Of a DNA stretch of 64,000 nucleotides, positions 25,743 through 34,732 are shown piece by piece (position 1 is the first letter of the stretch; each line of letters begins with the position of its first letter). Made by a program: the position numbers and the translations under genes. Source of the DNA: Opitutia bacterium (GTDB lineage: Bacteria > Verrucomicrobiota > Verrucomicrobiia > Opitutales > Opitutaceae); assembly GCA_037446975.1 (NCBI GenBank), contig JBBIHQ010000002.1:27066-91065 (forward strand). The letters run 5' to 3'. Below the pieces are notes generated by a model. The model worked only from the letters and a program-made list of their open reading frames with translations, did not search any database and was not told the DNA's origin.

Positions 25743-26516
25743 CTAGCCCAGTTTTTCCCCGGTGAACTTGTCCAACTGTCCCCGCAAATTCCGACTGAGC
25801 GGCAGCTTGGTGCCATCGCGGAGCAACACCGTGTAGTCACCGTGCAACGTGGGCTGGAGTTCCTTGATCTGATCGAGATGGACCATCGCCGAACGGTTGA
25901 CCCGGGCAAAACTGGCCGTGCCCAAACGCGCCTCGATCGCCGCCATCGTCTCGCGCAGCATGAGCCGTCCGCTAACGAGGTGCAAAACCACGTAGTTGTC
26001 CGCCGCCTCCACCCATATGATTTCGTCAGATTTCAGGAATACGAGCCGGCCGTCAGCCTTGACCGTGAGTCGCTCGTTTTTCTTGCCGGCCGGATTGGTG
26101 TCGGCCAGCAGGCTTTCGAGTTTTTCCCCCAGTTGTCCGGCCCGGCGGGCGCGCAGAAATTCCTCCGCGCGACGCAGCGCGGTTTGGAACCGCTCCCGGT
26201 CGAACGGCTTCAGTAGATAATCGATCGCCTGGACCTCGAACGCATCAAGGGCAAAACGTTCGTGGGCGGTCACGAATATCACCGCCGGCCGGTTGTCCGT
26301 CGGCAATTCGGCCAGCACCTGCAGTCCGTCACAGCCGGGCATTTGCATGTCGAGGAAGACCAGATCGAGGGCGGTGCGCTTGATGGTGGCGATGGCGTCG
26401 GTGCCGCTGCCGCATTCGCCGATGATTTCAACCGCGGGCTCATCGCGCAACAGGGCGCGCAGGCGCTCGCGCGCCAGGGGTTCGTCGTCAACAATGAGGG
26501 CACGGAGCTTGGTCAT
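25743..26516 (-). CDS. LytR/AlgR-family response regulator (REC plus LytTR DNA-binding domain)
   Basis: The receiver region is ALIVDDEPLARERL...LVFLDMQMPG...FVTAH. The C-terminal LytTR-like region is IIWVEAADNYVVLH...SRNL. Confidence 0.9.
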   Translation of the reverse strand: MTKLRALIVDDEPLARERLRALLRDEPAVEIIGECGSGTDAIATIKRTALDLVFLDMQMPGCDGLQVLAELPTDNRPAVIFVTAHERFALDAFEVQAIDYLLKPFDRERFQTALRRAEEFLRARRAGQLGEKLESLLADTNPAGKKNERLTVKADGRLVFLKSDEIIWVEAADNYVVLHLVSGRLMLRETMAAIEARLGTASFARVNRSAMVHLDQIKELQPTLHGDYTVLLRDGTKLPLSRNLRGQLDKFTGEKLG

Positions 26517-26520
26517 GGCG

Positions 26521-27609
26521 TCAGGAAACGGGAATGTTCACGCGAACCACTAGGCCACCGTCGGGATGGTTGGCCAGCTCGAAGCCGTGGCGCCCGCCGT
26601 AAAGCTCATTGAGGCGGGCGCGGGTGTTGCCCAAGCCGATGCCCACCCGGCTGAAACCGCCGACGGGCATGCCGGCACCATTGTCGTGCACCGCCAGTTC
26701 CACGAAACCCGGCTTGCCGCGCGCGGTGAGCTCGATCCGGCCGGGGCGGGCGTGAGGCTCGATCCCATGGCGGATGGCGTTCTCCACCAGCGGCTGGAGA
26801 ATCAAGCTTGGTACTTCGTTCTCGAGCGTGGCCGGGTCGATCTCAAAGGTGACGGACAGGCGGTCGCGGAAGCGGATTCGTTCAATCTCCAGGTACTTTT
26901 CAATGAAGGCGACTTCCTCGCGCAGCCGCGTAAGGGGCTGGCCCGGATGGCTCATCGTCAGACGCAGGAGTTCGCTCAAGCGCACCAGCATGCGGTCGGC
27001 CGCTTCGACGTCGCTATGCATGAGCGACGCGATGCCATTGAGCGTGTTAAAGAGGAAGTGGGGTTTGAGCTGGCGCAAGAGTGCCTGCAGTCGTGCCTCC
27101 GCCAGGTGTTTCTCGAGTTCCAGCGTGTGCACAGCGCGCTCGTGGTACTTGCGGTAATAATCGATGGCGTGGCTGACGGAGATAATCACCCCGTAAATCA
27201 GCAGGTTGAACGGGAACGTCTTCACCAACAGCGGCCGGAAAACCTCGGCGAACGTCACCGGCTCATCGATGAGCGAGCTGTGAACCAGGCCCACCAATGC
27301 GCGCAAGGTGACGTAGGCCAGGGAAAAGACCAGGGCGGCGGCCAGATGCACCCCGGCCGTGCGCCACGATTGGCCGCCCTCCGGGGGATAGCGGCGCGCC
27401 AGCCAAAGACTCGGGACCGAAAGGAGCGCATAAACATACCAATCGGCCAGCGAGTAACTGATCGCCTGGCCCCACGTGACCGTCCGGCCCAACAGCGTGC
27501 TCGTAAGGTACAACTGACTCGCAAAGGCCAACCCGACCAGCGTCCAGAATACACCGACGGCCCCGAAACGGGACAGCCAACGAGTGAACGGGTGGGCGGC
27601 AGGCATCAC
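26521..27609 (-). CDS. LytS/YehU-type sensor histidine kinase
   Basis: The N-terminus is multi-TM. PHFLFNTLNGIASL (His_kinase domain) and HATPase motifs NAIRHG and DNGAG are present. The stop lies 4 nt before the regulator ATG. Confidence 0.85.
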   Translation of the reverse strand: MMPAAHPFTRWLSRFGAVGVFWTLVGLAFASQLYLTSTLLGRTVTWGQAISYSLADWYVYALLSVPSLWLARRYPPEGGQSWRTAGVHLAAALVFSLAYVTLRALVGLVHSSLIDEPVTFAEVFRPLLVKTFPFNLLIYGVIISVSHAIDYYRKYHERAVHTLELEKHLAEARLQALLRQLKPHFLFNTLNGIASLMHSDVEAADRMLVRLSELLRLTMSHPGQPLTRLREEVAFIEKYLEIERIRFRDRLSVTFEIDPATLENEVPSLILQPLVENAIRHGIEPHARPGRIELTARGKPGFVELAVHDNGAGMPVGGFSRVGIGLGNTRARLNELYGGRHGFELANHPDGGLVVRVNIPVS

Positions 27610-27614
27610 ACAAA

Positions 27615-29426
27615 ATGATTTGCGCTGTATCTAGGATGGACAAGCAATACGTGTCCACGTCCCTTTCGGATTTTTTTGTCGTGAAAATTGCCCCCCCTCC
27701 TGCCAGCGCCCGCCCAACTTCCTTCTCGACTGGCGAGACGGGACATGGGGCGGTGTCTCCGCTTTTGCCCGTGGTGCTGACTCTGGTGGTCGCAGCCATC
27801 GTATTGAGCGTGGCCTTTGCCTGGTTCTTTCCGGCCCCGGGCCCGGCGCAACCCGTGCCGGCCGCCCGGTTCACCAATATCACCGAGGAATCGGGTGTTC
27901 ATTTTGTCCACCATCAAGGTTTGCAGGATCCTCCCACGACGCTCGGCGGTGCCGTAGCTGTTCTAGACTATGATCGCGACGGACATCCGGATCTTTTTTT
28001 TGTCAACGGTACCGCCTGGCCGTGGGAGGAGATGGGGCCGTGGACCCACGCATCGTCTTGCGCATTGTACCACAACGACGGCAAGGGTCACTTCACCGAC
28101 GTTTCCCGCGCCGCCGGCTTGGATCTTGTCACCCAGGGCATGGCCGCGGCGGTTGGTGATTACGACAACGATGGTTTCCCGGACATTTTTGTCACGTGCA
28201 TCGGCGGAAATCATCTCTTTCACAATCGGGGCGACGGCACCTTCGAGGATGTGACCGTCGACGCCGATGTGGCCGGCGACGACCATACTTGGAGCACGGG
28301 TGCGACGTGGATCGACTACGACGGCGACGGTCTCCTCGATCTGGTGGTCGCACATTATGCGCGCTGGCCGCAGGAGGTGAGCCTCGCCATGGCCTTCACC
28401 ATTGCGGACGTCGGCCGTTCTTATGGGGCACCAACCGGGTTTGTCGGAGTCCCGCCTTCAGTTTATCACAATCTGGGGCATGGCAAATTCGTCCTCGTCC
28501 CCGGGGCTGCGGGCTTGCGCAATCTCGATCCCTCGACCGGCCTGCCGGTGGCCAAGGCACTCGCGGTCGTGCCTGTTGATGCAAATGGTGATGGCAAGCT
28601 TGACCTGCTGTTCTCCTATCACACCGCCGAGAACGCGCTTTTTCTCAACCAAGGTGACGGTACGTTTCGAAAATGGGTTCCCGGTTCCGACAATCGCCAC
28701 GAGGGTGCATCGGCCGGTCTGGCGTCGGCCAGCCTTTTCCCTTTCACGCTGGCACCTGATGCGGACGAACGCCTGACGGCGTTCCAGTCTGCCGGGACCA
28801 TCGGCGGGCTCAACCGCGACGACGGGCAGCTACATTTGCGCGGCAAACTGAGTGGCGCACTGTTTGACTATGAGTTTGACGGACATCTTGCCCTGTTCAC
28901 CGGCGACGGCCGGGCAGAGCCGGATGTGAATAAATTTGAACAGGGCCGGGACTTTCAGGCTGCGCCGCAGCTGTTCCTGAATCGCAATGGCAGTTGGATT
29001 CCCACGCCAGCGGTCGCCGGCGAGGCCGGGGCTTGGGCGAAACCCATGGTGGCCCGCGGAATTGCCGTCGCGGACATTGATGGCGATGGAGACAGCGATG
29101 TCATCATAGTTCAAAACAACGGACCGGCTTTGTTGCTGCGCAATGACCAGCATCGTGGATTGCCATGGCTTCGCGTAAGGCTGGTCGCCACGCGCAGCCA
29201 GCCCGATGCGGGCGGAGCCCGGGTCGAGGTGCACACTCCGCGTCGCATCCTCGTGCAAACCATGGCGCCGGCGATGAGTTTTATGGCCCAGTCGGAAGCC
29301 GTGTTGACGTTCGGTTTGGGTGAAGACGCGCGCGTCCGCAAGATCGTGATCCGCTGGCCGTCGGGCCAACGGCAGGAAATCCGTCCCGAGGCCATCAACC
29401 AGACCCTGGTGATTCGCGAACCGTGA
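27615..29426 (+). CDS. CRTAC1-family protein, membrane-anchored (FG-GAP/VCBS repeats plus C-terminal ASPIC/UnbV)
   Basis: A TM anchor LLPVVLTLVVAAIVLSVAFAWFF and DYDRDGHPD/DYDNDGFPD/DYDGDGLLD repeats are present. The C-terminal segment is GARVEVH...LTFGLGEDARVRKIVIRWPSG. The start is uncertain (27615, 27636 or GTG 27753). Confidence 0.8.
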   Translation: MICAVSRMDKQYVSTSLSDFFVVKIAPPPASARPTSFSTGETGHGAVSPLLPVVLTLVVAAIVLSVAFAWFFPAPGPAQPVPAARFTNITEESGVHFVHHQGLQDPPTTLGGAVAVLDYDRDGHPDLFFVNGTAWPWEEMGPWTHASSCALYHNDGKGHFTDVSRAAGLDLVTQGMAAAVGDYDNDGFPDIFVTCIGGNHLFHNRGDGTFEDVTVDADVAGDDHTWSTGATWIDYDGDGLLDLVVAHYARWPQEVSLAMAFTIADVGRSYGAPTGFVGVPPSVYHNLGHGKFVLVPGAAGLRNLDPSTGLPVAKALAVVPVDANGDGKLDLLFSYHTAENALFLNQGDGTFRKWVPGSDNRHEGASAGLASASLFPFTLAPDADERLTAFQSAGTIGGLNRDDGQLHLRGKLSGALFDYEFDGHLALFTGDGRAEPDVNKFEQGRDFQAAPQLFLNRNGSWIPTPAVAGEAGAWAKPMVARGIAVADIDGDGDSDVIIVQNNGPALLLRNDQHRGLPWLRVRLVATRSQPDAGGARVEVHTPRRILVQTMAPAMSFMAQSEAVLTFGLGEDARVRKIVIRWPSGQRQEIRPEAINQTLVIREP

Positions 29427-29445
29427 TGCCCCGGCTGCGAGCCCC

Positions 29446-29904
29446 TTAGATCCTTCCCTCGTCGAACTCGATCAGATCAACCACGCTCTTGATCTCGTCA
29501 ATCCGGTCGGCGCAGCCCATGGCCGTCAGTGCTTCCAAAAGGAAGATACGGCCGTTCGGCGTCATGCCCTTCTGGACGTAATCGCGGTTCCATTTGGCCA
29601 CGCGGAGATCAGCGGGAAACAAGGCTTTGAGCCTCGCGTCGATCTCCCCGTCACTTGCAGACTCGAAGACGATTCTTTCCACCGCGACCGGCTCGATGCC
29701 CAGGTGCTGAGAGAGGAACCGGTCCATGCCGCGTTTATAGTTCTTGGCGTAGCTGGCCGGCAGCGTTCCGTGCTGTTTCACGTATTGGCACTTGGCCAGG
29801 AAACGCGGCAGATGCAGGAGCCCGGTCGCCGGGTGCGGGACGTAGGCCGAAGGCAAGCAGGTCAGGACTTCGCCGGATGATCCGGGAATGGGGCGCGATG
29901 GCAT
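29446..29904 (-). CDS. DUF5069-domain protein (second copy)
   Basis: LLHLPRFLAKCQYVKQHGTLPASYAKNY and C-terminal VVDLIEFDEGRI are present. It is a paralogue of 7462-7908. Confidence 0.65.
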   Translation of the reverse strand: MPSRPIPGSSGEVLTCLPSAYVPHPATGLLHLPRFLAKCQYVKQHGTLPASYAKNYKRGMDRFLSQHLGIEPVAVERIVFESASDGEIDARLKALFPADLRVAKWNRDYVQKGMTPNGRIFLLEALTAMGCADRIDEIKSVVDLIEFDEGRI

Positions 29905-30044
29905 TCAGCCGCCAGAAAAGGCGGAATTACCCGGCTGGCAAGCCAGACGCATTTCGCCTCGGCGCTAAAAGCGCCTGCCTGAAATCCGACAAAACAAGAG
30001 CCCGCGGGCCCTGGCGCACATGAAACAATTCCGCTCCCCTTCCG

Positions 30045-30068
30045 AAAAACCGGACTAAATTCGTCCGG
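30045..30068 (-). terminator. Rho-independent terminator after the glutaredoxin-like gene
   Basis: On the minus strand the sequence is CCGGAC-GAATTTA-GTCCGG followed by TTTTT, 25 nt downstream of the stop. Confidence 0.7.
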
Positions 30069-30092
30069 CAGTCCTAAGCACCGCCTCGCCGC

Positions 30093-30428
30093 TTAAAAGA
30101 AGCGCACTGGTTTGGCGGCCATGCGATCGTGCTCCTCGGTCGAGCATCCGGCGTTGGTGGCCACCTCGGGCTTCGCCCCGCTGGGCTTGACGAGGTTATT
30201 GGCCAGCAGGTAATTTTCCACCTCCTCGCCGGAAATGTCGGCCAGCATCACACCGTCGATTTCCACACACGGGGAAAGGGACTGGCCGGACTTGCGCACC
30301 ATCTCCTCGTAATTGGCACGATTGTTGATGATATCGATGTCTTCGAAGGGCAGTTTGTATTTGCCCATGATGGCACGAACGCCGTTGGACCAGCCGCAAT
30401 GTGGCTTAAGGTAAGCTTTGATGTTCAT
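30093..30428 (-). CDS. Glutaredoxin-like thioredoxin-fold protein (CxxS motif)
   Basis: MNIKAYLKPHCGWSNGVRAIM...SPCVEIDG is present. I chose the ATG at 30428 because the ORF-track start at 30461 overlaps the divergent ORF. Confidence 0.7.
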   Translation of the reverse strand: MNIKAYLKPHCGWSNGVRAIMGKYKLPFEDIDIINNRANYEEMVRKSGQSLSPCVEIDGVMLADISGEEVENYLLANNLVKPSGAKPEVATNAGCSTEEHDRMAAKPVRFF

Positions 30429-30522
30429 AAGTAGGTGGGTGGGAAATCTGGTGGACGGCACAACTTATGCGGCACCTTTTCTTCTTCAACTTAATCTTTC
30501 AATCCCCATAACCCTGCACGTT

Positions 30523-31536
30523 GTGCCCGCTGCTTTTCCCACTCTTTTGACCGATCAGGCCTCGGGCTTTGCCCGGTTGGGTCTGGCCAATGTCCGGCGG
30601 ACGTACCCTCACTATCTGTCGCACATGCTGAACAGTGCCGAGGACGTCCTTCCGCCCCAGGCATTGCACCCGGCGTTCTACGGCAGTTACGACTGGCACT
30701 CCTGCGTGCACCAGCACGGCATGCTGGTCCGCTTGGCCCGGCTTTTCCCGGATCTGCCGGAACGCGGGGAAATCGACCGAATGCTGCATGCACATCTGAC
30801 CGTGGAAAACATTGCCGCTGAGGCCGGCTATTTCCTCGCTCCGGGCCGGGCTTTCTTCGAGCGTCCCTATGGCTGGGCCTGGCTGCTCAAGCTCGCAGCG
30901 GAACTGCGAGTCTACGACTCCGGATTGGCGGAAAACCTTGCTCCGCTTGTCGCCGTGATGCGCGAGGGACTGTTCGCTTATTTGTCCGCCCTCACCCACC
31001 CCGTCCGGCATGGCGTGCATAACAACACCGCATTCGCGGTCAAACTGGCGTTGGATTATACCCGGGTGGCCGACGACCAGGCCCTGAAACTTTTCTGCAC
31101 CAGTCGCATGGCTTTTTGGTTTGGCCACGATACGGACTACGGCGCCCGCTGGGAGCCTTCGGGTGAGGATTTTCTGTCCCCGGCCCTGACGGAAGCGGAG
31201 GTGATGGCCGCGGTCCTGCCCCCGGAGAATTTCTCCCGCTGGTTGGACCGCTTCCTTCCCGGTTTGCCCGCCGGCGAGCCGGCCAGACTGTTTATCCCGG
31301 TGGAGGTCAGCAATCCCACCGATCCGAAAATCGCCCACCTTATCGGCCTGAACCTGAACCGTGCCTGGTGTTGGAGGCGGATTGCCTCGGCTCTGCCCGT
31401 CTCCGACCTGCGTCATGCCCGTGCCCGCGAGGCCGCTGGACGGCACCTGCTCGCGGCCCTGCCCTTGCTCAACGCAGAGGATTTTCACCGCGCCCACTGG
31501 CTGGCCTCGTTTGCAGTCTATGCCCTGACTGAGTGA
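30523..31536 (+). CDS. DUF2891-domain protein
   Basis: YPHYLSHML...HPAFYGSYDWHSCVHQHGMLVRL is present. The start is uncertain. The ATG at 30418 overlaps the glutaredoxin start, so the GTG at 30523 is given. Confidence 0.6.
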   Translation: MPAAFPTLLTDQASGFARLGLANVRRTYPHYLSHMLNSAEDVLPPQALHPAFYGSYDWHSCVHQHGMLVRLARLFPDLPERGEIDRMLHAHLTVENIAAEAGYFLAPGRAFFERPYGWAWLLKLAAELRVYDSGLAENLAPLVAVMREGLFAYLSALTHPVRHGVHNNTAFAVKLALDYTRVADDQALKLFCTSRMAFWFGHDTDYGARWEPSGEDFLSPALTEAEVMAAVLPPENFSRWLDRFLPGLPAGEPARLFIPVEVSNPTDPKIAHLIGLNLNRAWCWRRIASALPVSDLRHARAREAAGRHLLAALPLLNAEDFHRAHWLASFAVYALTE

Positions 31537-31638
31537 CCGGGCGGCGCGCCGCCCATCGGCGGCACCTTCGCCCGCGCAGTCATTTGTCCGTCCAATTTTT
31601 CTCTAGCCGCCGGGGCGGACCCGCACAGAATCTGTTTC

Positions 31639-31992
31639 ATGACCACGATCATCCTCCTTTGCCTGTCCAATATCTTCATGACCTTCGCCTGGTACGGGCA
31701 CTTAAAATATCTCGGCGACAAACCTCTGTGGACCGCGATTCTGCTCTCGTGGGGCATCGCCTTCTTTGAATATTGCCTGATGGTACCGGCCAACAGGCTT
31801 GGTTATGGCCATTTCACAGGCTATCAATTGAAGATTATTCAGGAGGTCATCACCTTGATCGTGTTTGTCGGCTTTGCCTGGCTGGTGCTTGGCGAAAAGC
31901 TCCGGTGGAATTATGCCGTCAGCCTGGTGTTTATCGCCTTGGCGGTGTTTTTTGCCTTTGGCGTAAACAAATCGGTCCCGCCAACCGCTTGA
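31639..31992 (+). CDS. DMT-superfamily small membrane protein (DUF486)
   Basis: LSNIFMTFAWYGHLKY and FFEYCLMVPANRLG are present. The 117-aa product has 4 predicted TM helices. Confidence 0.75.
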   Translation: MTTIILLCLSNIFMTFAWYGHLKYLGDKPLWTAILLSWGIAFFEYCLMVPANRLGYGHFTGYQLKIIQEVITLIVFVGFAWLVLGEKLRWNYAVSLVFIALAVFFAFGVNKSVPPTA

Positions 31993-32002
31993 GAAAATCT
32001 TC

Positions 32003-32025
32003 CGCCTGTTTTCAGGCGTTTTTTT
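32003..32025 (+). terminator. Rho-independent terminator after the DUF486 gene
   Basis: The sequence is CGCCTG-TTTT-CAGGCG followed by TTTTTTT, 11 nt after the stop codon. Confidence 0.75.
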
Positions 32026-32106
32026 GGCCTACTCCGCGCTTGCCCGCTCCTTCGCGATGACGCACCGTGACCCTGAATTGCCAACTCCTACTTCCTGAAT
32101 TTTCCC

Positions 32107-33192
32107 ATGTCCAAAGCAGAAAAACCAAAGTCTTCCGATTCCCGCATCGCGACCGCCGAAAAGTCTGCCAATGTTGCCCGCGAGAAAAACATCGAGCTCG
32201 CCGTCTCCTCCATCACCAAACAGTTCGGCGAAGGCTCGATCATGCGCCTCGGGAGCAACACGAAGATGAAGGTCGACACGCTCTCGACCGGCTCGCTCGC
32301 CATCGACCTCATGCTCGGCGTTGGTGGTCTGCCCCGTGGTCGGATCATCGAAATCTATGGACCGGAGTCGTCTGGCAAGACCACCTTTTGTCTGAGTGTC
32401 ATTGCCGAGGCCCAGCGCCAGGGCGGCTTGGCCGCGTTTATCGACGTCGAACACGCGCTTGATCCCAAATATGCCCGCGTCGTCGGCGTGAGTCTTGACG
32501 ATCTTCTCGTCTCTCAGCCGGACTCCGGTGAAGACGCGCTCAACATCATGGAAACGCTCATTCGCTCGAACAGCATTGACGTCATCATCCTCGATTCGGT
32601 TGCCGCCTTGGTCACCAAGGCCGAACTCGACGGCCAGATGGGAGACATGACCATGGGCAGCCAAGCCCGCCTGATGTCCCAAGCCATGCGCCGGCTCACC
32701 GCCGTGGTCAGCAAGACAAATTGCGTGTGCATTTTCACCAATCAAATCCGCGAGAAGATCGGCGTCATGTTCGGCAGTCCCGAGACGACCTCGGGCGGAC
32801 GAGCCTTGAAGTTCTTCGCGTCCATCCGCCTCGACATCCGCCGCAAGGATCAACTCAAGACCCCCGACGGCAAGGTGATTGGCAACCGCACCAAGCTCAA
32901 GGCGGTGAAGAACAAGGTTGCGCCGCCGTTTACCGAGGTGGAATTTGATATCATGTATGATGAAGGTATCTCCGCAACGGGTTCGCTCATTGACTTGGGG
33001 ATCGACCACAAGGTGTTGGAGAAGAAAGGTGCATGGATTGCATTCAACGGTGAGCTCGTCGGTCAAGGCCGCGAGGCCGCCAAGGATGCACTCAAATCCA
33101 ACCCCGACCTCGCCGCCAAAGTGAAGGCCGGCATTCTGGAAAAGGTAAGCGTGAAGGCCGGAGCTTCTGCGACCGGCGAAGGCGCGGTCTGA
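32107..33192 (+). CDS. recA: Recombinase RecA
   Basis: Walker [19 protein letters not shown] and the [25 protein letters not shown] loop L2 region are present. Confidence 0.97.
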   Translation: MSKAEKPKSSDSRIATAEKSANVAREKNIELAVSSITKQFGEGSIMRLGSNTKMKVDTLSTGSLAIDLMLGVGGLPRGRIIEIYGPESSGKTTFCLSVIAEAQRQGGLAAFIDVEHALDPKYARVVGVSLDDLLVSQPDSGEDALNIMETLIRSNSIDVIILDSVAALVTKAELDGQMGDMTMGSQARLMSQAMRRLTAVVSKTNCVCIFTNQIREKIGVMFGSPETTSGGRALKFFASIRLDIRRKDQLKTPDGKVIGNRTKLKAVKNKVAPPFTEVEFDIMYDEGISATGSLIDLGIDHKVLEKKGAWIAFNGELVGQGREAAKDALKSNPDLAAKVKAGILEKVSVKAGASATGEGAV

Positions 33193-33209
33193 TTTTTTTT
33201 CGCCTTTCG

Positions 33210-33238
33210 ACCCGCGGCTCAGGAGTCGCGGGTTTTTA
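33210..33238 (+). terminator. Rho-independent terminator after recA
   Basis: ACCCGCG(GC)-loop-(GT)CGCGGGT is followed by TTTTAT, 18 nt after the recA stop. Confidence 0.65.
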
Positions 33239-33331
33239 TGGCCAATATTCTTCCCCGGTTGATCCACCAGCGACTCTGCGCGGGATATTTTCGCTTTTGC
33301 CTTCGCGGTCGGGTTCGCTTGCGTGTGACGG

Positions 33332-34690
33332 ATGCCATCTTTCACCGACACGATTGCGGCGCTCGCCACCCCAGTGGGCACCTCCGCCATCGCCGTGGTC
33401 CGGGTGAGCGGACCGATCTCTCTCCCCCTGACGCGGGATCTCTTTAAGGAGACTCCCCCGCCCCGCATGGCCCGGCGCGGAGACTATTTTGATGCGGGCG
33501 GTCAGCTCGTGGACGATGTGCTTTTCACCTTTTTTGCGGCACCAAATTCGTTCACCGGTGAGGATTCGCTGGAGATTTCCTGTCACGGAAACCCATTTAT
33601 TGCCCAAAAGATATCGGAGGATCTTTTCCTTCGTGGCTGCCGGCCGGCTGATCCGGGCGAGTTCAGCAAACGAGCGTTTCTAAACGGCAAGATGGACCTT
33701 AGTCAGGCAGAGGCCGTCATGGACCTTATTCAGGCCCGCAGTGATCGTGCATTAGCCGCGGCAAATCAACAATTACGTGGCTTCTTGGGACGCAAAATGG
33801 ATGAGCTTATCTCCCTGCTGATTAGAATATTGGCCCAGATTGAGGCACACATTGATTTTCCAGAGGAGGACCTGCCACCCGACGACAAACAGGGTGTATT
33901 GACGGATCTCGCCGTGTTGATGGATAGAACAGGCCGGCTCTTAGCCACCAGTCATTATGGCGAGTTGCTGCGCGGAGGGATCAAGACCATCATTGTCGGC
34001 GAACCGAACGCAGGAAAAAGCAGCCTGCTGAATCAGTTGGTTGGCCGTGAGCGTGCCTTGGTCAGTCCTGAGCCTGGAACAACCCGAGACTATATTGAAG
34101 AATGCATTGCCGTTGGGCCGGATTCGTTACGTCTCATCGACACCGCGGGGCTAAATTCCTCACCTAGTTCGCTCGAGAAACGAGGTATCGACAAGACGCT
34201 TGAGCAAGCCACCGGAGCTGATTTGTTCATCTGGGTTTTGGACCTGACGCGTCCAGTCCCTGCTTTGCCTGCCACCCTACAAGCCCGAATGACCGCCAAG
34301 AATACGGTCGTGGCGTACAATAAGGCTGATCTTCATTCTGCTTCGGTACACGGCGGTCCGCTACTCGGCTCTTTTCCTCAGGTAAGAATCTCCGCTCTGT
34401 GTGGTACAGGTATCGAACAGTTGATGAGTCTTCTGGCCACATGTGCCGAGTCGTTTCGGGTCGATCTAGGCGAAGATCTGATTGCGATCAATGCCCGCCA
34501 TGCTTGTGCGCTCGAGGAAGCTCGGAGGTGCCTGGCCGGCGTGCGTGACAAAATGATCAACGCAAATGCTATTGAGTTTGTAGCCAGCGATTTACGTACA
34601 GTACTTGACTTGTTTGGCGAAATTTCTGGCAAGATAGATAATGAGCAAATTCTCGACAAGCTCTTTGCCTCCTTTTGCATCGGTAAATAA
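33332..34690 (+). CDS. mnmE: tRNA modification GTPase MnmE
   Basis: DTIAALATPVG, the G1 motif GEPNAGKSSLLN, DTAG and the C-terminal CIGK are present. Confidence 0.95.
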   Translation: MPSFTDTIAALATPVGTSAIAVVRVSGPISLPLTRDLFKETPPPRMARRGDYFDAGGQLVDDVLFTFFAAPNSFTGEDSLEISCHGNPFIAQKISEDLFLRGCRPADPGEFSKRAFLNGKMDLSQAEAVMDLIQARSDRALAAANQQLRGFLGRKMDELISLLIRILAQIEAHIDFPEEDLPPDDKQGVLTDLAVLMDRTGRLLATSHYGELLRGGIKTIIVGEPNAGKSSLLNQLVGRERALVSPEPGTTRDYIEECIAVGPDSLRLIDTAGLNSSPSSLEKRGIDKTLEQATGADLFIWVLDLTRPVPALPATLQARMTAKNTVVAYNKADLHSASVHGGPLLGSFPQVRISALCGTGIEQLMSLLATCAESFRVDLGEDLIAINARHACALEEARRCLAGVRDKMINANAIEFVASDLRTVLDLFGEISGKIDNEQILDKLFASFCIGK

Positions 34691-34732
34691 TATGATATCG
34701 AAATATATCTTTTGATATAAATATATATAACT

